DNA from: Phycisphaerae bacterium
GTDB lineage: Bacteria > Planctomycetota > Phycisphaerae > UBA1845 > PWPN01
Assembly (NCBI GenBank): GCA_045863575.1
Contig: BTUC01000001.1
Coordinates: forward strand, 1 to 60,123
Length of the DNA: 60,123 nt
Reading direction: 5' to 3'
Shown here: positions 46,377 to 54,208 of the stretch, one piece after another
How positions within the stretch are numbered: the stretch's first letter is position 1
Layout of the letters: every line of letters begins with the position of its first letter
The notes under the pieces: model-generated
The model's input: the letters and a program-made list of their open reading frames with translations, nothing else
What the model was told of the DNA's origin: nothing
Databases searched by the model: none
Translations under genes and position numbers: made by a program

Positions 46377-46645
46377 GACAGGCCCTCAATGAAGTCGCCG
46401 GCTGTCGTGTCCGGACGATTCTAGCCTTCAGACCTGCCGAAGCATGATCGACTTTACCACCCACCATGCGCTGTAAACTCATGAGCAGCATGAGGAACGA
46501 ACAACGTGCGCACCAGCCGACCGGCGAACGGGGTCGACCCGACGGCTGGCTGGTCGCGCCGCGGCTCGGCCCCACATCGTGAGGCGATTCTCACGCCCGC
46601 GGGCTCTCAACCGTCTCCCCCGCCTTGTCCGATAAGTAATGCAAC

Positions 46646-47653
46646 ATGGCCGACGTACTCGATCAAGCCGAAGTTGATGCTCTGCTATCGGCAGTGGACG
46701 CCGGAGCCGCCACGGCCGCCCCCCCACCAGACGTCTTTGTCCGCACGCATCGCCGCCCCCAGGAAATCCGCACCTACGACTTCAAACGTCCTGAGCGCGT
46801 CAGCAAGGACCAGATGCGTTCCTTGGAGGCGATCCACGAGAGCTTCGCCCGCAATTTTGGTGCGTCGCTTTCCGGTTTCCTGCGGACGATCGTCGAGGTC
46901 CGCGTTGCCACCATCGAGCAGCTCACCTACAGCGAGTTCATCCACTCTCTGCCCAACCCGACCTGCTTCAACCTGCTGAACGCCACGCCGCTGGAGGGGC
47001 AACTCTGCCTCGAGATCAGCCCGCTGATCATTTACCCCATCATCGATCGCCTGCTGGGCGGATCGAACGCCGAAATGTTCATCCCCCAGCGGCCGTTGAC
47101 GGCCATCGAGTGGCGCCTGGTCAAGCGCATCACCGACCGAGCCGTCATTAATTTCACGGAAGTCTGGGCCAACCTCGTACCCGTCAAATTCGAGTTGGCA
47201 GAAACTGAATCGAACCCCCACCTCGTGCAGATCGTTGCCCCCAATGAAGTGGTGGTGGTTATCGGCCTGGAACTCAAGATGGGCAGCCGCGCCGGAACCA
47301 TGACCCTGTGCATCCCCTTTAATGTTATCGAGCCCGTGATGGGTAAGCTGGCCACCCAGAGTTGGCTGGCCTACCAGCGCAAGGCCGCCAGTCACCAGCA
47401 GCGCGAGCAACTGGCCACTCACCTGCGGTCCGCGGAGGTCAATTTGCGGGCGTTCCTGGCCGCCACGACTATCACCGTGCACGACCTGATCCGGCTCAAG
47501 CCCGGTGACATTATTCCCACCCCCAAGCTGGCCAACTCGGAGCTCGTCCTCCAGGTTGAAGACCGCAGCAAGTTCGCCGGCCGGCTCTACCAGCACAAGG
47601 GTTTACGTTGCATTCGGCTCACGCGCCTGGCCGAGCAGGACGAGTCCCTGTAG
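46646..47653 (+). CDS. fliM: Flagellar motor switch protein FliM
   Basis: The N-terminal CheY-P-binding-type motif is LDQAEVDALL. The core is YDFKRPERVSKDQMRSLEAIHESFARNF. The C-terminus is a FliN/SpoA-like domain. Confidence 0.8.
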   Translation: MADVLDQAEVDALLSAVDAGAATAAPPPDVFVRTHRRPQEIRTYDFKRPERVSKDQMRSLEAIHESFARNFGASLSGFLRTIVEVRVATIEQLTYSEFIHSLPNPTCFNLLNATPLEGQLCLEISPLIIYPIIDRLLGGSNAEMFIPQRPLTAIEWRLVKRITDRAVINFTEVWANLVPVKFELAETESNPHLVQIVAPNEVVVVIGLELKMGSRAGTMTLCIPFNVIEPVMGKLATQSWLAYQRKAASHQQREQLATHLRSAEVNLRAFLAATTITVHDLIRLKPGDIIPTPKLANSELVLQVEDRSKFAGRLYQHKGLRCIRLTRLAEQDESL

Positions 47654-47920
47654 ACCCGCTGACGTACCATGACCTGACCCGCAGCGCTGCACCGCCGCCA
47701 TTTCGGGACCGCCCCGCGCAACGGTGTACTTGTTCATTTCGCACTTGATCCGGGTGCCGGGGAACGTTACATTCGAGAGGTCGTGGAGACCGGACGGCCG
47801 GGCAGAAGGCCCGGAGAACGGCCATAACCGGACTGCTGCCGCGGCTGGCTGTGGTTCGGCTTTAATGTTCACTTCGATCAGTTCATCCACCGGCACCGGG
47901 CCGGCGCGAGGGAGGTCGCA

Positions 47921-49006
47921 ATGCGTAACGGCATGGCAACGGCGGGCGCGGTACTGCTCGTATCGGCGCTGGTTGGCCCCGTATATGCCCAGAGCAACTG
48001 CGAGCAGAATCGGGCCACCATCAGCGCGACGCGCGGAATCGTCTTCGAGTCGGCCAATGTCCAGCAAGGGCAATGGTACTGGAAGCTCGTGGAAGTCGCG
48101 TGGTGCAACGAGAACCAGGCCGGCGGCAAGATCAACATCTTCTACCGCTGCAAGGACGCCTCCGGGCAACTCATCGCCAACCAGAAATGCATCGCCGCGT
48201 ACCCGCTCAACCAGTCGAACCAGGTCACGATTTCCACGAAGGCCCCGCCGGACTGGGGCGATTTTCCCATGAGCGGCGGCAACTGGTGCCCCTTCTGGCC
48301 GGAGGGTCCGCGAGGCCCCTTCAGCGCCTGGGTGGACAGCTTCTGCCCGGCGAACGGCTCCTCCTGCCCGCCGCAGGCCAGCTATCCCAGCGACAAGGTC
48401 ATCGGCATGGGCCTGCCGTGCAACCGCCACGAGTGCTACTTTCTGACCTGGCAGTTCACGCAGATGCCCGCCCTGAACCCCACGATCTCGCGATCGCCTT
48501 CGAGCTTCGTGAAGACCGTGGGCGAGGGAGGCACGTTGCCCAACGATTCTTTCACGGTGCAGAACACGGGCGGCGGCACGCTGACCTACAGTATGACGGA
48601 TAATGCCGACTGGCTCAGCGTCAGCCCCTCCAGTGGCGCCAGCACGGGTGAGGTGGATACCATCAATGTGATCTACGACGTGGACGAGCTGTCTCCCGAC
48701 GAATACAACGCCACCATCACCATCTCGGCTCCCGGAGCTACCAACACACCGCAGACCATCCCGATTCAGCTCACCGTCACTTCACCGCGATACCTGGGCG
48801 ACTTCGATGAAGATCTCGACGTGGACCTGGAGGACTTCGGGCATTTCCAGCTTTGTCTTACCGGCCCGGGCGTCATCCAGAGCGACTCCGAATGTGCCGA
48901 CACACGACTCGATCACGATCCAGACGTCGACCAGGAGGATTTCGGCATCTTCCAGGCCTGCCTCAGCGGCGCCAACCGCAGGCCGCCCGACGAGTGCAGG
49001 AGATAA
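47921..49006 (+). CDS. Secreted protein: unknown N-domain, Ig-like module and dockerin-like tail
   Basis: The signal peptide is MRNGMATAGAVLLVSALVGPVYAQ. The Ig-like module is FTVQNTGGGTLTYSMTDNADWLSVSP...ITISAPGATNTPQTIPIQLTV. The C-terminus is DFDEDLDVDLEDFGHFQLCLTG...DHDPDVDQEDFGIFQACLSG. Confidence 0.75.
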   Translation: MRNGMATAGAVLLVSALVGPVYAQSNCEQNRATISATRGIVFESANVQQGQWYWKLVEVAWCNENQAGGKINIFYRCKDASGQLIANQKCIAAYPLNQSNQVTISTKAPPDWGDFPMSGGNWCPFWPEGPRGPFSAWVDSFCPANGSSCPPQASYPSDKVIGMGLPCNRHECYFLTWQFTQMPALNPTISRSPSSFVKTVGEGGTLPNDSFTVQNTGGGTLTYSMTDNADWLSVSPSSGASTGEVDTINVIYDVDELSPDEYNATITISAPGATNTPQTIPIQLTVTSPRYLGDFDEDLDVDLEDFGHFQLCLTGPGVIQSDSECADTRLDHDPDVDQEDFGIFQACLSGANRRPPDECRR

Positions 49007-49008
49007 GA

Positions 49009-49077
49009 AGTGCTGAGTAACGAGTGCTGAGTGCTGAGTGCTCAGTGCTGAGTGCTCAGTGCTGAGTGTTAAGTGCT
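49009..49077. repeat. 9-nt tandem repeat array (AGTGCTGAG / AGTGCTCAG variants), about 7 units
   Basis: It starts 3 nt after the stop codon at 49004-49006. It is homologous to the array at 52935-53014. Confidence 0.85.
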
Positions 49078-49082
49078 ACGCA

Positions 49083-49139
49083 CCCCTTTTAAGAGGGTTC
49101 GTGATTAACTCCCCCCTTACCAAGGGTGGGGTTAAGGGG
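49083..49139. repeat. C-run/G-run hairpin elements ('PPLTKGG'-type), two adjacent copies
   Basis: The two copies are ccccttttaagaggg and ccccccttaccaagggtggggttaagggg. They resemble 6345-6378. Confidence 0.45.
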
Positions 49140-49286
49140 CGCTCCAGAGCCCTCGCAAGCGAGCGGCCCGGACGCCAAAAGCTGACCACGCTGGCAAGCG
49201 CGCTGCTGCGCCGGTCTTGAAGAATCCGAAGCCGTCAGCCAATGGGCGCACCAGCGTACCTTTGAGAACGAGCGAAAGGTGAGGCG

Positions 49287-52200
49287 GTGCCAGCTCAGCA
49301 CTTGCTTACATTCCGGCGGGTCGGCCTTCTGGTGGTTACCACCTTCCTGGTCGGCGCTCCCATCCGCGCGGCCGACTCTCCCTGGGTTTATGGCATCCAC
49401 TGGTATGGCGACCCGGTTTCGAACCTGGTCGAGGTCATGACCGGCGGCAAACCGATCTGGTCGCTGGAGACGGCCGTCCTCTATGACGGCTACTGGAACG
49501 TCAGCAACCAACTCCCCAAGTTCCAGACGCTCGTCGCTCGCGGCCATACCCTGGTGACCCGCATCCAGCCCCGTTGGGGTCTGGTGGTGCCCGCCGAGGC
49601 CGACATGACCCAGTACCTCCAGGATGTCACCACGGCCGCCCAGCAGCTCGCCGACCTGACCCACATCTGGCAGATCGGCAACGAGATGAATCTCCCCTGG
49701 GAATACAACATCGGCACGCTCACCCCGGCCGACTACGTCTCGCGCTTCAAGCGGATCCGCAACGCGATCAAGGCCACACCCAGCTCGCTCGGCCCACAGA
49801 TCGTGCTGCTGGGGCCGGTGGCCCCGGTAGACAATGCCTGGCTGGGAGCGATGCTCGACCATCTGGCTCCCGGCGATTTCGATGGCTTCGCTCTGCACGC
49901 CTACGGCATCGGCGATGCCGCCAGCTCGCGGGTGAATTTTCGCAACCAGTATGCCGAGCAGCTCCATTACATCGACACGCGCGGCTACGCGGCCAAGCCG
50001 GTCTACCTCCTGGAGTGGGGCCGGCAGGTCAACCCCATCAGCGATACCAACGAGGCGGCCAGCGCCCAGTTCCTCCACGGCGCCTTGCAGGACCTGCACG
50101 CGTGGAACACGACGCCCGGCAACCATCCCGTTGTGTGCGCGTGCTGGTTCATCTACGCCAACGACGCGGTGTGGCAAAACTGGTCGATCCTTGATCTCAA
50201 GGGGCTCCACCCCCCCGGCCCCAACAACGACCTCTACGACGCCTTCCAGTACGCTTGCACTCTGAATCTGCCCGCCGGCGGAGGCAGCGCCCCTCAGGGG
50301 CCGGTCATCAGTCGCTCGCCTGCCACGCTGAACCCCACGGCCACGCCAGGACAAAACGCCGCCGGCCAGACATTCGCCGTCTCGAACGGCGGGACCGGCA
50401 CACTGAACTACACCATCGCCGAGAACATCCCCTGGCTCTGGCTCACACCAACCGAAGGCACCAGCATCGGCGAAGTGGATACCATTGCCGTTCATTACAC
50501 CACCGCCTCGCTGGCGGCCGGCAGCTACAGCGGCACGATCACCATCTCCGACCCGGCAGCCGGTAACAGCCCACAGGCGATCACAGTCAATCTCTCCATC
50601 CAAACGGCGGTTCCGCCACCGGCTATCGTAAACCCGGACTTCCAGTCCAACGGCGGCGGATGGAACGGGGCGGCAGCCGGCTGGGCCACCTTCGGCGGCA
50701 ATAAATGGGAGGGTGTTTTCGACAACAGCCGCTCCTGGGCGCAGGGCGTTTCCGAGCTATCGGCCGGCGGCGCCTGCGGAGTTCGACAGATCATCACCAC
50801 GACAAGTGGCGCCCGGTACCGAGTCGCCGTGTACGGCGTCAGCCAGCACGTCAGCCTCGACGTATCGATCGGCATAGATGTCGGCGGTGGGACCACTCCC
50901 TCGAACGCGACGTTCGGTACGCCCTCGACCTCCCCCAACTGGATAGAAGTAACCTGCGATTTCACAGCCACCGGCAACAGCGCGGCCATCTTTCTCCGTG
51001 GTCGGAACACCAGCAGCGGCTTCATCTCCGGCAAGTGGTGTCTGTTCGACGGTGTGTCCATCCAGGTGCTGAGCGCACCCGGCAACCATCCGCCCACGGC
51101 CGTCGCGGCGGGTAGCCCGCTCTCCGGAAGCGCGCCGCTCACCGTGAACTTTACGGCCAGCGGATCGAGCGATCCGGATCCCGGACAGACGCTGAGCTTC
51201 GCGTGGGATTTTGGCGACGGCGGAGCGGCCAGCGGTTCGGCCGTCATGCACACCTATACCAGTGCCGGGAATTACACGGCCACACTCACGGTGAGCGACG
51301 GACACGGCGGCACCGACACCCATACGCTGAGCATCACGGTTACTGCCGGCGGCGGGACTGGTGGCGAGAACCTCATCGCCAATCCCGGCTTCGAATCCAC
51401 CTTCAGCGCGGGACTGGCCGCCGGGTGGCAATCGTGGCAGGCCTCAGGAACAGGCTACTGGAAGCAATCCGCGCGGCTCGGACGCATCGGCGCGGGGCTC
51501 TACAGCGGCACGAATGGATTCAACCAGACGGTGCGGCTCAATCCCAAGACCGTGCTACTGTCCGATCTGGCCTTGGGCCATGCGGCCGGGCTCCGTGCGG
51601 CCCTCCCGGACGCACTCATCATCGGGCGGCTGTTCATCGACCCCTTCATGCACACGGGAGCCGGCGGGTACCTGTCCAACCCGGAATTCTACGGAGCCAA
51701 GCACGCCGACGACTGCTATAGCACCGCTCTTCAGAAGCCCGGGATCAGCGCCTGGCAGGGCTTCAACGAGCCCGTGCTTAATGATGAGGACTTCGCTCGC
51801 CGGGTAGGCCGCTTCGAAAAAGCGTTCGCCGACCGCTGCCACGAGCGCGGCCTGAAGTCCTGCGTGCTCAACCTGGCCGTCGGGAACCCCGGCGATATGA
51901 GCCGCATGCTCCTGCCGGAGATCGTCGCCGCGCTGGGGGCGGCCGACTACGCCGGTTACCACACCTACGGGGGCATCGACGACCAGCTCATGATGGGGCC
52001 GCAACGGCCCTGGTTCGCGCTCCGCTGGCGCTTCTACATGGACATGTACGCCCAGGCCGGGCACCGCATGCCGCCGGTGGTCTATACCGAGTGCACGACG
52101 TACTACGCCTGGCGCGGCAGCTTCACCGCCCCGCAGATCCGCGACGATCTCACCGGCTTCGAGGCCCTGACCAAACAGGCCGATCCGTGGTCCGTGGGCA

Positions 52201-52934
52201 TGTGCATCTTCCTGGTCGGCTCCAACTCACCGCAGTGGGACGGCTGGGAGGTCGCTGACCAGCCGGTCATCTATGAAGGCTGCGGCGACTACAACCTGGC
52301 CCACCCGGCAGACGCCTGGGTGGGGCTTTATTCGCAGCAGTTCGGCGAAACGTCGGGCGGATTCACGGGCGGCGTGCACCAGGCGGTTGCGGTCACTGCC
52401 GGCCGTTCATATCGGCTGGATCACTGGATGAAGCACGAGACCTACGGCGTCAACAACGCGCTCGCCTATCACGTCGGCTACGACTACACCGGTCAGACGT
52501 CCAACCCCAACGCTCCATCGCTCACCTGGACCGGCAATCTGCTGGCCAACCCACGCCGCGAGACGGATTGGTGGTACCGGCACACGCTGGAGTTCACGGC
52601 CACGGGTCCACAAGTTTCCATCTGGTTCAAAGGGACCCAGCCATCCGGCAGGAGCCCCTGGCGAATCATGCTCGACGAGGTGACGCTGACCCAGATCTCT
52701 ATGCCACCGGCCAGCTTCATCGGCGACTTCGACGGCGATGGAGACGTGGACCAGTCCGATTTCGGTCACTTTCAGGCCTGTCTCTCCGGCGCCGGCCAAC
52801 CCCAGAGCGACCCGGCCTGCGCCGACGCCCGCCTGGATGCAGACCCGGACGTGGACAGCGACGACTTCGGCCTCTTCCAGCAATGCCACGGCGGCCCTAA
52901 CCGCGAGCCGCCGCCGGAGTGCGGAGGTCAATGA
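49287..52934 (+). CDS. Secreted multidomain putative glycoside hydrolase: two clan GH-A-like TIM barrels, Ig-like module, CBM-like modules, PKD domain and dockerin-like tail
   Basis: The GTG start has AAGGTGAGG upstream. There is a signal peptide. The first barrel has WQIGNEMN and LLEWG, and the second has WQGFNEP and VYTECT (acid/base and nucleophile-type motifs). The PKD domain is PLTVNFTASGSSDPD...FAWDFGDG...YTATLTVSDGHGG. The C-terminus is DFDGDGDVDQSDFGHFQACLSG...DADPDVDSDDFGLFQQCHGG. Confidence 0.75.
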   Translation: MPAQHLLTFRRVGLLVVTTFLVGAPIRAADSPWVYGIHWYGDPVSNLVEVMTGGKPIWSLETAVLYDGYWNVSNQLPKFQTLVARGHTLVTRIQPRWGLVVPAEADMTQYLQDVTTAAQQLADLTHIWQIGNEMNLPWEYNIGTLTPADYVSRFKRIRNAIKATPSSLGPQIVLLGPVAPVDNAWLGAMLDHLAPGDFDGFALHAYGIGDAASSRVNFRNQYAEQLHYIDTRGYAAKPVYLLEWGRQVNPISDTNEAASAQFLHGALQDLHAWNTTPGNHPVVCACWFIYANDAVWQNWSILDLKGLHPPGPNNDLYDAFQYACTLNLPAGGGSAPQGPVISRSPATLNPTATPGQNAAGQTFAVSNGGTGTLNYTIAENIPWLWLTPTEGTSIGEVDTIAVHYTTASLAAGSYSGTITISDPAAGNSPQAITVNLSIQTAVPPPAIVNPDFQSNGGGWNGAAAGWATFGGNKWEGVFDNSRSWAQGVSELSAGGACGVRQIITTTSGARYRVAVYGVSQHVSLDVSIGIDVGGGTTPSNATFGTPSTSPNWIEVTCDFTATGNSAAIFLRGRNTSSGFISGKWCLFDGVSIQVLSAPGNHPPTAVAAGSPLSGSAPLTVNFTASGSSDPDPGQTLSFAWDFGDGGAASGSAVMHTYTSAGNYTATLTVSDGHGGTDTHTLSITVTAGGGTGGENLIANPGFESTFSAGLAAGWQSWQASGTGYWKQSARLGRIGAGLYSGTNGFNQTVRLNPKTVLLSDLALGHAAGLRAALPDALIIGRLFIDPFMHTGAGGYLSNPEFYGAKHADDCYSTALQKPGISAWQGFNEPVLNDEDFARRVGRFEKAFADRCHERGLKSCVLNLAVGNPGDMSRMLLPEIVAALGAADYAGYHTYGGIDDQLMMGPQRPWFALRWRFYMDMYAQAGHRMPPVVYTECTTYYAWRGSFTAPQIRDDLTGFEALTKQADPWSVGMCIFLVGSNSPQWDGWEVADQPVIYEGCGDYNLAHPADAWVGLYSQQFGETSGGFTGGVHQAVAVTAGRSYRLDHWMKHETYGVNNALAYHVGYDYTGQTSNPNAPSLTWTGNLLANPRRETDWWYRHTLEFTATGPQVSIWFKGTQPSGRSPWRIMLDEVTLTQISMPPASFIGDFDGDGDVDQSDFGHFQACLSGAGQPQSDPACADARLDADPDVDSDDFGLFQQCHGGPNREPPPECGGQ

Positions 52935-53014
52935 TGAGTGCTGAGTGCTCAGTGCTGAGTGCTGGGTGCTGGGTGCTGGGTGTTGGGGATCGGGTGCTGG
53001 GTGTTGGGTGCTGG
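52935..53014. repeat. 9-nt tandem repeat array (GTGCTGAGT drifting to GTGCTGGGT / GTGTTGGG), about 9 units
   Basis: It starts immediately after the stop codon at 52932-52934. Confidence 0.85.
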
Positions 53015-53020
53015 CTTGGA

Positions 53021-53073
53021 TTCCCTCCTCCGGTACTCCGGGGGAGGGCCCGGGTGGGGGCTTGGGGGGCAAC
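53021..53073. repeat. Dispersed palindromic REP-like element, intergenic copy (inverted relative to the rsgA copy)
   Basis: The hairpin ccctcctccgg-tact-ccgggggaggg lies at 53023-53048. The flank gggtgggggcttgggggg matches the reverse complement of 5084-5105. Confidence 0.7.
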
Positions 53074-53124
53074 GAACCTCTCGACAAAACCAGCACACCA
53101 GGAAGCAGAAGTGATTGGGGTTGG

Positions 53125-53148
53125 GATTAAGATTAAGATTAAGATTAG
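53125..53148. repeat. Hexanucleotide microsatellite (GATTAA)3 plus GATTAG
   Basis: The sequence is gattaagattaagattaagattag. It is AT-rich and lies in a convergent intergenic region. Confidence 0.8.
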
Positions 53149-53179
53149 GACGCTTTCTGTTGCCAGGTCAGCCCGCATT

Positions 53180-53800
53180 TCAGACCTGCCGCATCCGAAA
53201 CCTCCATCCATAATGCCACGGCGGGAGATCCACCATGCCCCCCTCCCTGCCCAGCACTCCGGTGGCTTCCGCCCAGACCGCGATCTGCTCCGGCCGTGGA
53301 CGAATATCCATCGAAGGTCCGCGCGGCGTGGCCGGATCGTACCGCCAGTGAATGGCCCACACCCAACCCCCCGGCCGGACAATCGCAGCCGCCTGCTCCA
53401 GCAAACGCACCGGCTCCTCTCCGTGGAGAATATTGAACAACAGGAAGCCATCCACCGAAGCGGGCGGCAGACCATAACCGTCAACCAGGACATCCCGGCA
53501 CTCGGCAACGACATTGGCCAAACCGATCTCACGGGCGCGCCGTTGCGTCCGCGCCACCATTCCCCTCTCCAAATCAAACGCGAACGCGCGCCCGCGGATC
53601 CGCTGAGCCACCGGCAGCGTGAACGTCCCATAGCCGCACCCCAGCTCGGCCACGTCGCCCACCGCGGCATCGATGCCGAGCCGGTCCAGGATCAGCGGAA
53701 CGTCAAACAAGCTCTCCCAGTACGCCTCCTCGGGCATACCGCTCTCACGCAGCTTCATGTGCTGATCTCCGGCCAATGAGGGCAGTCTCACGACGGCCAT
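53180..53800 (-). CDS. Class I SAM-dependent methyltransferase
   Basis: Motif I is VAELGCGYGTFTLPVA. An acidic post-I residue (AFDLE) follows. The protein is 206 aa. Confidence 0.75.
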   Translation of the reverse strand: MAVVRLPSLAGDQHMKLRESGMPEEAYWESLFDVPLILDRLGIDAAVGDVAELGCGYGTFTLPVAQRIRGRAFAFDLERGMVARTQRRAREIGLANVVAECRDVLVDGYGLPPASVDGFLLFNILHGEEPVRLLEQAAAIVRPGGWVWAIHWRYDPATPRGPSMDIRPRPEQIAVWAEATGVLGREGGMVDLPPWHYGWRFRMRQV

Positions 53801-54038
53801 GATAGCCGAGAGCTCGCGTTTATTTCATCCGGGTTGCCCCGGCTGGGTCCAGGCGTGGAAAAGGCTGGATTGAACGAACGGCATGTGCGCGCCAATTTCA
53901 GCACAGACGAATGAAACGCTGCCGGCGCTGCTCACTCTTCAGGCACGCCCTTGGCTTCCCACCCGATCGGTGTCGGTTGCCGTCGCCAAGCGCAGCAGCC
54001 CCGATCTTGCACAGCGAGCAACAAAGATAAAAAGTCTC

Positions 54039-54067
54039 TTGACGCCTAGACTATCCAGTTGTACTCT
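54039..54067 (+). promoter_or_regulatory. Sigma-70-type promoter candidate
   Basis: TTGACG, a 17-nt spacer and TACTCT, in a locally AT-rich stretch about 140 nt upstream of ATG 54209. Confidence 0.45.
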
Positions 54068-54208
54068 ATCCGGACAATAAAATCACGTGGGGGGACCGCT
54101 CCCCAACCACCTATCGAAGTCCAGAATCACGCTGAGGAGAATTGCTGTGCGCGGCTCATGGCGACGCAACCATGGGAGCGAACACGACATGCATCTGTGG
54201 AGATACAC

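Noticed and set aside
46628-46635. Sigma-28 (FliA) -10-like TCCGATAA just upstream of fliM.
   Set aside because: It ends only 10 nt before the ATG, leaving essentially no leader. The expected -35 element (TAAAGTTT) is at best 3/8 matched, so this is likely coincidental.
49038-49220. Small ORFs translated from the nonamer arrays and hairpin elements (49038..49220, 52945..53130, 52919..53779, 6252..7259).
   Set aside because: Their 'proteins' (MLSAECSVLSVKC..., PPFKRGG...) simply spell out tandem or palindromic repeats. They are non-coding repeat artefacts.
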